A stretch of DNA of 63,701 nt, filler included, from Bigelowiella natans CCMP2755 (Eukaryota; Protista; Cercozoa), in assembly GCA_000320545.1 (NCBI GenBank). It is 5 parts of 5 records of this genome, joined end to end, with 100 filler letters (N's around TTAATTAATTAA, not from the genome) between each part and the next. Parts side by side here need not be neighbours in the genome. Positions count along the whole stretch, not along the records: positions 53,351 to 59,126 come from ADNK01003551.1; positions 59,227 to 61,980 come from ADNK01003668.1; positions 62,081 to 63,701 come from ADNK01003409.1; 2 more parts are not named here. One strand, given 5' to 3'. A program made the translations under genes and the position numbers. The notes under the pieces are model-generated. The model searched no databases and was not told the origin of the DNA. It worked only from the letters and a program-made list of their open reading frames with translations. Within the stretch, counting starts at the first letter, position 1; each line of letters starts with the position of its first letter. Of the stretch, positions 53,251 through 63,701 are shown piece after piece.

Positions 53251-53350
53251 NNNNNNNNNNNNNNNNNNNNNNNNNNNNNNNNNNNNNNNNNNNNTTAATT
53301 AATTAANNNNNNNNNNNNNNNNNNNNNNNNNNNNNNNNNNNNNNNNNNNN
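53251..53350. other. Assembly gap spacer
   Basis: N44-TTAATTAATTAA-N44. Confidence 0.97.
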
Positions 53351-53705
53351 AGGAAATTGCACATTCCCTTTGGGAAGAGAGTCGTTAGCTACACAGTTTG
53401 ATAAAATGTAGGTTTCCGCCATAATGCTAAAGTACCTAGTCCTCCCACTATCCCAAAGCCGCCGGAGAATGCATCGCTGTCATCTCTGCTCAAGCTTATC
53501 ACGGTGGAAGGAAAAGGAGAGCAAGAAACAGCATGTGTTTCGATTAGAATTATGTCGATTCTTGTTTGTTTAATCCACTTGGCACTATGAAATAGGGTAC
53601 ACGCGTGCACGGGGACTGCTGCGCATATAATGCAGTCCTTCATCTCGTGATTTGGCAATTTGCATGGGGCATCGAAAGATTGTTGGAGAGGCAGGGAGAG
53701 GACAT

Positions 53706-53870
<165 letters not shown>

Positions 53871-54827
53871 ACCAGATCATGCTCCAACATTCGTAAAAGC
53901 CAACGAGATTGTGAAATTATGAAAACCATGCTACAATTGATGTCATCGTATCCCGCACCTGAAGCTCAGAGGATTCGGAGGGCCTTGCGAAGCTTTCTGG
54001 AAGATGTCAAGAAGCTCAAGGTCGATCTTCTCGATCTCCTTGGAGTCCTCCATCCCTAAAACCTACAGGATTCAGTACCTCCCTGCTTTTCCCGGTACCT
54101 TACTTCCAGGAATGCGAGTGGGTGGGTATGGTGGTGTGCTCCTCCTCGGAAATATAAATTCGAGGCTAGGGACTCGTGTAGCCTCAGAAAAGGTTTGGGC
54201 CTAGAGGTCGTTCGGTAGAGAACCCCCTCCCGCTGTTGCCCGAAGCTTTGCCTGCTTGCGAGGAAGGGTTAGGCGACGAAGGGCTGGATTCTCACGGACA
54301 CCAGCAAAGGAATGCAGCTTATTTTATCTATGCGACAACAAAAATGCATCATTTTTCTTCCTCGCGGAATGAAAAATCGGAGGTGCTGCGACAACGTTTT
54401 TGCACAGCGTTCATGCTCTGTAGAATCCCCTTTTTTCCTTAAAGGATGGAGAAGATCGCTTTTCTGAAGTTCGCACGCAGCTTTTAGCCAGTAAACCCCA
54501 TGAGATTTAGAGAAAACGACAACCCATATTCGCAGGATTTTCTAGATTTTGAAACGCAGCTACCGTGTGACCGTGTGTGGACATCGAATGCAATTTGTCT
54601 TGTCAAGTTCGTGTGCCTATTTTTGGTACGAATGAAGCGCGTTTATATCGGAAATTGCCTCAGATTGTGCCATATTGGAACAAAATAGCGGTTGCTTCCT
54701 TCTCATATCCTCGTCTGCCGTCAAATAGTCCAACGCCCAGTCTAGTTTTGCATCATGTGAGTGGGCATGGGGGGTGGGGTAGGAATGGCCTGTCCTGGGG
54801 ATGTTCGTGTTCATCTCCCCTTGTATA

Positions 54828-56461
54828 ATGCCTTACCTGAAACTCCCCCTTCGCGCATTTGGGCGTCGCGGTCTCTCTTCCACTCCATTGACAAGTAACG
54901 CTGATTATCACAGGGAACCCACTGAGGGGGGAAGCACGGACAAACATCATCCCATAGATTACGGTACAGCTCGTAGCAGCATCGCCCTTGGTGACCTCTC
55001 TGAGAGGAAATGCATCAAGGTAGTGTGCTCTCTAGAGAAATTCCGCGATGGGGCCTTCATTTCCTGTAGATCTTCAGCGTGTAGATCGGATGACAACGGT
55101 GGAGTCAATGGGGGGGGGTAGCCATGACCACAAAGAAAGTCTAGATATCAGGAAGTTTCGGCGAGCTCTTCTTGCAGGTATATCTTGTACATTACGTAAT
55201 ATACATACACATGTACATATACACACGTGTTCTCTCCTTGTTCCAAATTGCCCTCCATCATCATCAGAGGCCCTGGGGACCTTCATCATCGTCATCTTCG
55301 GTGTGGGGTCTGTTGTCACAGCCGTCACCACCGGAGCCCAAGCGGGAATCTGGCAGGTCGCCGTGGTGTGGGGGTTTGGGGTGACTCTAGCCATCTTGTG
55401 CACGGCGGAAGCTTCTGGGGCCCATCTCAATCCAGCAGTCACAATGGCGTTTCTCCTCGTGCGACCGAATGACAGCTTCGGCTACCAGAAGACACACGCC
55501 TCCATCAAGGCCCTTCTCTACGTTGCCGCCCAGATGTCGGGCGCTATACTTGGCGGGGTGGTAAACCTGGCGCTCTTCGGTGAAACCATCGCGGCCTTTG
55601 AGCGTTTGAACAACATCGAGAGGGGGCAAGCGGCTCGGAGAGAAGCGCGATGGTGTTTGGTGAATACTACCCGAACCCTGCTTTCTCAGACAGTCCGTTC
55701 AAAGCTGGTGATGTGAGCACCTTCCAGGCGATGTGCATTGAGGCCTGGGGCACATGCGTGTTGTGCTTTGTGATATTCGTGCTCACGCACCCGCGAAACC
55801 CCGTCCTCGGAGAGAACAGCAGGCCGATGGTCCCTTACTTCATCGGCTTTACAGTGGCGTGCCTCATCTCACTGTAAAAACAACAACGCAGTACAATATC
55901 TATTTATTTAAGATTTGTATGCATGTGTGTGTGTGTGTGTGGGTGTGTGTGTGTGTGTGTTCTTCTCTTCTTCTTCCTCCTCCTCCTTCTTTCTCTTCTC
56001 AAAACAGTAGCGCGCATGTATTGGTGTAGTCACATTGTCCCCCCCCCCCCCCCCTCCCCAGTGCCGTGGCTGATAAAACTGGGCGCTCATCATCACCGAT
56101 CTTAACTAACATTAGGTATGCACCGCTGACCCAAGCGGGTTGGAACCCCGCTCGGGACTTCGGTCCGCGTCTCGTTGCAGCCGCAGCGGGATGGGGCCGA
56201 ATCGCCATTCCAGGCCCTCGTGGCGGATTTTGGGTGTACATAGTAGGTCCATTAATCGGAGGCCCCGTAGGCGCCTTTCTGGCCGAGGGGTTTGCGCACA
56301 TCTCACTGCCGGAAGAAAAGGTGGAGGGGGTCGGGCATGATGGGGGGCAGGGGAGGGAGGGGATGAAGAAGTACAAGGCGGACGAGCAGAAGGTGTTGCG
56401 ACGGGAAGTCAGCAGCCCTCAGTCCGTGGCGATGAAGATGTCTTCCGTTCAGCAGCCCTAA
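54828..56461 (+). CDS. MIP-family aquaglyceroporin (GlpF-like), with an apparent 1-nt frameshift at ~55622-55626
   Basis: EALGTFIIVIFG, SGAHLNPAVT, YVAAQMSGAILG, EAWGTCVL, AGWNPARDFGPRL, WVYIVGPLIG. Confidence 0.93.
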
Positions 56462-56547
56462 AGTGTTGGGGGGAGGGGGGGGGGGGGGGGTCCGATGGGG
56501 GAACATGTCTTCTTTTTAAAACTAAGTGATGATAGACATGTAATACA

Positions 56548-56588
<41 letters not shown>

Positions 56589-56629
56589 ATGAATAGTACT
56601 ACTGTGTCTATTATAGTGATGCAAGTGAA

Positions 56630-57475
56630 CATTGAGCGCAGCTGCATGCACATGAGCGAGTTGGGCTGCAAGCCAAAAACACGTTTTGACAATGCACGTT
56701 ATGGCTCGAGATAGAAAAAAAAAAAAAAATCGAATGTGCTAGCTAGCTAGGCTGACTCAAAATTTCGCGCAGCTTTCTCATTTTCGTCATGCCTGGTGCT
56801 CCCGGCTGTCCGCCATCGCAAGATGATCATGTGCTCATCAATGAGAGCGTGGTGTTTTCAATTAACTTTTTCATGTCGATAATGCGTGCATGCGAGGCCG
56901 CACTAGATCAGCTAGATCGCACCGATGTTGTCAAAGCTTTTCTGCTAGTCTGTGTTTTTTTGCTCTCCGCTAGAACGAATGCTTGCGCAATTCGCTTAGA
57001 TGTATCATCTAGCTAGTACGTAGTTGTGGCAAGAGTGATGTGGAATCATTGCAATGGATTGACAAAACATTCCATCATCGCATATGCAAGTCTAGAAGTA
57101 TTGATTGAACAGGCCCGGGTTCATGCAAGTGATGACCATTCGATTGCATGATGAAGGATGCTGCGTGTTTTTGCAGCGCAACGAAAATCGACAGAACATC
57201 ATGCTCCCACCCACATTGTGGCATGGCATGAGCACAGCACTCTGCAGTGCGGAGGCAATTCTGACTTGCTAGCATGGCACTTTTCTTGTTCATGTCGCCT
57301 GCATGCGCATGCACATCTAGACATGCTAGCATGGCAGCTGCTGCCGAAGCTGGGTCAGAAGGCACGCAGGCTCATGATGCTCGCACGATGAAGGCAGGAT
57401 GCGTGAGTTCTTTGGTTGTCGGACGTGCATGCTACATGCGGCAGCTGCATGCAGCCGGCGCAGCTAGCTAGTACA
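56630..57475. repeat. TpA-depleted, CTAG-rich island
   Basis: 57121-57420 has only 3 TA, all in CTAG. GCATGC excess. Confidence 0.65.
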
Positions 57476-57551
57476 GGGCCTATAAGCTCGAATAAGGCAG
57501 GATGCGTGATTTCTTTGGTCAATGATGAGGACTGCTCCTCCCATTTTGTAA

Positions 57552-58988
57552 CTACAATTGATTTCTGGCAGCATTCGTTCCAGTCGTGATCGAAGCCATT
57601 CTGCGCAAAAGTGTGTGACGAACCAAGGACGGCAGGACCATCGTGCCTTAGTCATGCCATTTGAGTTGAAAAGAGGGAAAATGCAGAAACCGAAAAGAAG
57701 GCGCGCGCGCGTGCTAGCGTTTGTGTGAGAGAGTACCTAGCATTTTTCCTTCTCCTGTTGTTGCGCTTTGATTGTGTCGCGCGTCTCCGCGCAGAGGGCA
57801 GGACTTGGTTCTTGGACTGGGAAGGCGTCGATGATGAGGTAGCTTGAACACCTTGCTCACCTTGAGACTCCTGCTGCCTCATGGCTGTTTGTGAATGCAT
57901 AACATCTTCGCTCAACAACTGCCAATTTAGATGTAGCTCATCAAATTGCGAGCATAATCTCGAGACATTCGTGAAAAAAAAATCCATTCCTCCCCCCCCC
58001 GACCCCAAACCCACCCATACTGGAAATGTGATGATGAGCAGAGGGAAAAATGCCGTGATGTTTTTCTTATTTTGGGAATATTCTATTTTCTGCATACGAG
58101 GAATGCGAACGATTCTCCTCGGGGCGGCTTGCGCCTTCCTATCACCGCGCTTTTGCTTTGCCTGGAACGCACCTACAGGAGACGACCTATTGCTTCTCCT
58201 CCCCGTACCCGCCTTTTCATATTGCACGCGCATCCAGAAAATAGTCAGTCGCAAGATGAGGAAAAGGTAGTTTTTTGGGACACGACGAAGTTGCATGGTG
58301 CTCAGGGAAAACACGTACAGTATATGCCGATTGCACGTCCTCCTCTGCCTCTCTGAATTCCGCCTCTCGGCCATTATTCCTCTCCAGTCTGCCTAGCGTC
58401 GCACCCACTTGGCTCCGTGCGGAGGCCTGTTGCGGCCTAAATGGCGGCGAGGACTGCGGGGAGGGGCGTTCTTCTTCTCCTGACGACTTTACATCCGAAG
58501 AATAACTATTTTCATCATCGCTCATCGTATCAGCGGGTTTAAGGGTCTGGCCCGGGGAGTACTGCTGCGAAGGCTGCATGAGCTGCTGTTGCTGCTGCTG
58601 GTGCGGCATAGCGCCCACCCCCCCCCCGCCGTTCTCGTGGATGATGTTCGGGACCATGTGCGGGTGCATGCCAGGGCTAAAATGCTGCATATTTCCTCCT
58701 TGAGAGTTTGCCGCCGCGTGGGGAGAGTTCATCATTAAGGCGGATGCGGCATTGTGGGAGGAGTGCTGGCTTGCGTGTGACCGACTGCTAAGACCCCCCC
58801 CCCCTCCCCCGGGAAACGAGGTAGAAGGCGACCTTAGCCTGTTTCGGATAAAAATTCTGTATTCAGTGCGCGGGGAAGTGGTGATTTGTCGGTGCTGGCA
58901 AGTGCCTCCTCATCCTCACGATGCCTTCTTTACTCTCCACGTTCGGGGGCGTAGCTTGCATGCGCGGACGCGTGCGTATTTGCGTGTC

Positions 58989-59031
<43 letters not shown>

Positions 59032-59120
59032 ACACGTTAGATTGTGCGCGTGCGGGTGTATATGGCAAGGAAGTGTGGTGGCCAAGGGGGCCCTCAACTC
59101 TTTTTCATCCGATTGGAAGG
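57552..59120 (-). CDS. Hypothetical Gln/Ser-rich protein (5' end lost at gap)
   Basis: Frame-consistent exons with poly-Q and a basic RNNRRRKNAR stretch, ending MASITTGTNAARNQL*. Confidence 0.5.
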
Positions 59121-59126
59121 ATTTAG

Positions 59127-59226
59127 NNNNNNNNNNNNNNNNNNNNNNNNNNNNNNNNNNNNNNNNNNNNTTAATTAATTAANNNNNNNNNNNNNNNNNN
59201 NNNNNNNNNNNNNNNNNNNNNNNNNN
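59127..59226. other. Assembly gap spacer
   Basis: N44-TTAATTAATTAA-N44. Confidence 0.97.
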
Positions 59227-60229
59227 CAGGCTTTTTTCCGTCGGTTTTTTTGCCTGTGGCCCCCCCCCAAAACCCCCCCCCCCCCCCCCCGGCCACCCCC
59301 CCCGCCCCCCCCAAAAAACCCCCCCCCCCCCCCAACCCCCCCCCCCCCCCCCCCTCGCTCTCTCTCTCTCTCTATCTCTCTCTCTATTAATTTGCACGTG
59401 AGACTGTGTGTATGCAAAGTATAAACAGATGGGGATTATTAGGGTTAAGGGAACTACTTTTCCCAGGTTTGAGAACTACTTTTGACACTACTATTAGTGC
59501 TAGTAGTACTAGTAGTACGAAAAGGGGGGGTAGGGGGGGGGGGGGGGGGGTTAGTTGAGATATTTATGATTCTTTGCTCCTTTCATCTATCTTATCTACA
59601 GGGCTCTCATTTCTCCTAGGAACGCATCACCGAGTCGGGTATTATAACCCCCCCCCCGCCCCCCAAATATCCTCTCCTTCAAAACCGCGCTAGTTTGCCT
59701 TACAGAATTGCTGCTTGTTGCTGCTGCAGGTGTGACTCCCTCATCAGAAAGCTCAGCTTAGGCACAAAAGAGCGGAAATCAGAGGTCCAAAATATTGTTT
59801 CCGAGATATTCGCGTTCTTACCGGGAGGAGACCATGAAAGGTAATCGCCGCATCAGTCGTAGCAGCAGCAGCAGCAGAGCTATGTGAAGTGCTTGCATGG
59901 GGGACGGCATCGTTGACCAGTCGCACAGATATGTACTCGCGTGTTCCAAGAAGACACATCGAATGGCGCAAAGATACAGCCTAGAGTTGTCGGCGGAAGA
60001 CTAGAAGGGGGGGGGCAATTTATTTTTCATCCCATAACCGAGGGAATCAGCGCCATCGCGAATACGGATTTTGTTGAACTCAAGATCAAGCAGCGTCAAA
60101 ATTTTACTTTCGTGTGCATGTTCTTCCTATATGTATTCTCAGGGCCGACGATGAGGAGAAAGGCGAGTGAGAGTTCTGGTGAACCAGAGCACAGCCAGTA
60201 CCTACGTGCGTGGCTCGTGTGATCGACGC

Positions 60230-60960
60230 ATAAAATTTCACAGCTTTTGAGAACAAAAATATATGAGAATTTAGTTTGAAATGTTGACTTTGCATGTGCG
60301 CTCATCGCAGGCTGCAGGGCGGGCCGGCGCATGCTAGCCAGGCGCAGCACAGCAGATAGTCCAATGTGACCATATAACTTATATTCTAGTGACAGTTGCT
60401 GCACATTATCAGTAAAAAAAATAGCGTGTGTGTGCATACGTACGTACGTTCTGTGATTGCGCTGGCGTCTAGATGTGCGACTTGGCTGTGTGCATTTGGC
60501 AAGTAACAATGTAGTTGGCTTGCCAGTTAATCGCACATCAAGTGTGTGATGTGTGGTACACATGCATGAGCCGTCTAAGCGCATGTGATGTGCATTCTAG
60601 CATTGCGATGCTGCACTGAATAATGGCTTCATTCTAGACGTACGTGCACGTGCATGTGCGTGGCAGGCTAGCGGGGCTCGATCTGTCTAGCTGTACATCG
60701 CATGTAGCCCAGAAAGCTAGAAAGATGTCATAATGTTTGTATCGAATGCTGCAATATCGGGTATACACCTCTTTATGATGACTTTTGAACAAATCTAATT
60801 AATTTATTTCATCCGTCCTACCTCTAGATGTTCGCGGGTGTGCAGACCACATGCATGGTCGATAGATCCAACATTTGTACTGCCTAGCCGCTGCGGATCT
60901 CACTGCGTACTACATTCCACGTCTTGCTGCTCCATGATAGCGCGCAGCTGTGAGTGAGTC
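60230..60960. repeat. Partly TA-depleted intergenic island containing family A copy 5 (60775-60820, minus strand)
   Basis: Reverse complement TAGGACGGATGAAATAAATTAATTAGATTTGTTCAAAAGTCATC. GCATG/CTAG-rich context. Confidence 0.6.
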
Positions 60961-61980
60961 ATCACCCTTCGAGAGCCCCCAGACCTGGTTTTCTGCGTGC
61001 CCAAAGATCAAGCGAAGGGGGAAGGGGGAGGGGGGGAGCGGGGAGAGGATAACACCAAAAAAAAAACAATGACTGAGCACAAATCACATACATCATTGCT
61101 GCTACAGAACTGCATCGATGACATCTGTTCGTATCACACACCATGCAGACTTGACTTCCTAGAATCACCAATGATATATTTTCAGAAGTGAAATCTACAA
61201 CTCCTCCTCCTCCTCCTCCTCCTCCTCCCTTATCGATAGTATAGGTTGGTATATGGAGGAGCACCCCTCCCCCACAGGCCCCTATCCCTCTCAATTACGT
61301 TGTTGTTTTCGATGATAGCTGTGAGCTTATTCGAGACATTTCTCCATTCGCTCTGCTCTCCATCGTTCGGTTCCCATATTGTAACACCGTCGCGCCCAGT
61401 CGACACGAGAATCTGTTGAATATACGCAAGGGGGGGGGGAGAGGAATCTGATGTTCAGAGATCATCATCATCCTCAACAACAACAACAACATTATCATCA
61501 TCTATCAGCTATTGTCGTCGTCATTTTTTCGCCGGTGTTGTGATGTGATTGATATTATTAAGAAGAAAAAGAACATGATGATGATGATGATGATGATGGT
61601 GTTACTGGCTGCTTTGGATGGGGTACAACCATGTCTACAATTGGGTCTTTAACTTCCAGCACCTGAGCACCGAGGATGAAGTGTGTGATGATTAACAGGT
61701 GTAAAGAAACACACACACACACTCACACACCTCACTCTTACTTGACAACTTAAACTGTTGCTCAAGATCCTCCACCACATCAACATCCCCATCTCCCCTA
61801 TTTATCATCCTCCTCACCCTCATCATCATTCTCATCACCATCAAAACTATGGTCATTATTATCATCATCCTCATTTTGCTCATCGCTCGTACGATAAATC
61901 AACCTTTCTATCTGGGCAGAAGCCGTGTTCCATATTAAAATGCGCGAATCGTCAGATCTTTTTAACCACGCGCAATCGGC

Positions 61981-62080
61981 NNNNNNNNNNNNNNNNNNNN
62001 NNNNNNNNNNNNNNNNNNNNNNNNTTAATTAATTAANNNNNNNNNNNNNNNNNNNNNNNNNNNNNNNNNNNNNNNNNNNN
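61981..62080. other. Assembly gap spacer
   Basis: N44-TTAATTAATTAA-N44. Confidence 0.97.
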
Positions 62081-62120
62081 CTCACATATGTCTTCGGCAC
62101 TTCAAGACACATGAATAGTG

Positions 62121-62194
<74 letters not shown>

Positions 62195-62681
62195 ATCTGT
62201 TCCACAATTGCGAGGATGTAGCTATTTGGATGGGATACGGCGGGATGATTAAAAACGGGGTTTCTAGCCTCGTCGCACTCACCAGCGGAAGCGTGCAGCA
62301 CCAGCGGCACTTGGCCCCTCCGATACAATCAATGCCCCTGAAGATACCGGTGGGAGGAGGAATAGGAGGAGGGGGGGGGGTGGAGGAGGAGGAAACACAA
62401 CATTTTGAAAACCCGCTCAAAGAATCTAGTGAACAGGACTTCCAAATGATGCACGCGAACGCATTGCTGCCGGTGCTCAAAACGCCGATGGGCTTTATCC
62501 GTCACAACCCGGGAAAGAAGCGAAAGTTGTCGCTGCTTCCACGTATATCCGAATCATGTTGGTCGGTCGTGGAGAGAGAAAATACTGTTTGAAACTGAGC
62601 CGCTATCTATTGTACTGATCCTTCGTTCTTCGTCGCCTGGATTGCTCCTTTCGGCATGCAAACTCTCTCTCACTCTCACCC

Positions 62682-62726
<45 letters not shown>

Positions 62727-63121
62727 TGCGCACATGTCTTCTATCATGCGACAGCCAGACAACGATTACAGGTCGAGCGGCGTTCCCCAGGGGCACGAGT
62801 CATCAAACATGGAGGACTGGCCGATCATCGGGTTTCCTGTGCGGTGCGGGGCAATCAGTATGGTGGCGATTGTGGGTTGTATTCATTAGGCGACTCGACT
62901 CGTTCAAATGCAAAAAATGGTCATGGGGCGCCTGCCGTTAGCGCTGCGAACCAGGAAATCGATTTCGGCAGCATTCGTCGTTAGAGCAGTCATCTTGTGC
63001 CAGCAAGCTGGGCATCGGGAAAAGCTCTCCCTGCGAGAACACCGGCGGCAGTTGACAGTTCCTGTGCGAAGAAGGGTGATCATGAGGGGAGGGTGCTTGG
63101 TTGGTAATCTCGGGAAACAGG

Positions 63122-63208
<87 letters not shown>

Positions 63209-63577
63209 GTGCGTGTGATTGTGGTCATGTGCACGTGTCGTGTGCTCTTGTCTGTGATCACAGAAATGAATTCTAGGAACAGGGAAGTGGGGGGGATTGA
63301 TTTAGATATTGTGCGACTTACAGGAGGGAAATCAGCCCCGCGATAAACAGAAATGGTCCGAACATCTAAGATAGAGGGCCGCGGAAGCAACAGGGCGATT
63401 AGTGTTGGAAGAAGCTATTGGATCATCGTATCCGTCATCGGTACTATAACCTTCCTGGGTATTGCCTTTAAGCTGAGAGGCGACACAGTCGGAGGGGGGA
63501 AGGTTCCATACCTGTGTTATTTTAAGTGTTATTCCGAAAGATATTTGGAGTTATCATTTTGATACACAACAACAGGA

Positions 63578-63615
<38 letters not shown>

Positions 63616-63701
63616 GGGAGCTGCGTTCAGCCACAATGCACATCAGTAGATGTACCAGAAATCTAATTTATAGCCGATTGATAATGTGCATGAAAACAGT
63701 A

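Noticed and set aside
59227-59455. C-rich tract and TTAGGGTTAAGGG as a telomere or G4 element
   Set aside because: Low-quality contig end next to a gap, and only two imperfect telomere-like units.

Overview
Intron-rich eukaryotic nuclear scaffold, probably from a protist or alga (inference from the gene set and the microsatellite-filled GT-AG introns). It has four artificial N44-TTAATTAATTAA-N44 contig joins. Recognisable genes: prolyl 4-hydroxylase, cAMP-receptor-like GPCR, SFT2, urea transporter, PPIL6-type cyclophilin, R-S-ExE mono-ADP-ribosyltransferase, DGAT2, a signal-peptide Ser/Thr kinase, a CaMK-type kinase and an aquaglyceroporin, plus several hypothetical genes. Genes mostly alternate in orientation. 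The most striking signal is non-coding. Repeat-like islands, mostly in convergent (3'-3') spacers, have almost lost the TpA dinucleotide: a hand count gives 6 TA in about 1.9 kb at 14521-16420. CpG is retained, TG/CA are in excess, and surviving TAs lie mostly in CTAG. This looks like a RIP-like, both-strand A>G (TpA>TpG/CpA) hypermutation of repeats. It also affects a TIR-bounded MITE and a 5-copy dispersed repeat. There is also a near-perfect inverted repeat with ~195-bp arms at 47526-47986. Exon boundaries and dinucleotide counts were read by eye and are approximate.
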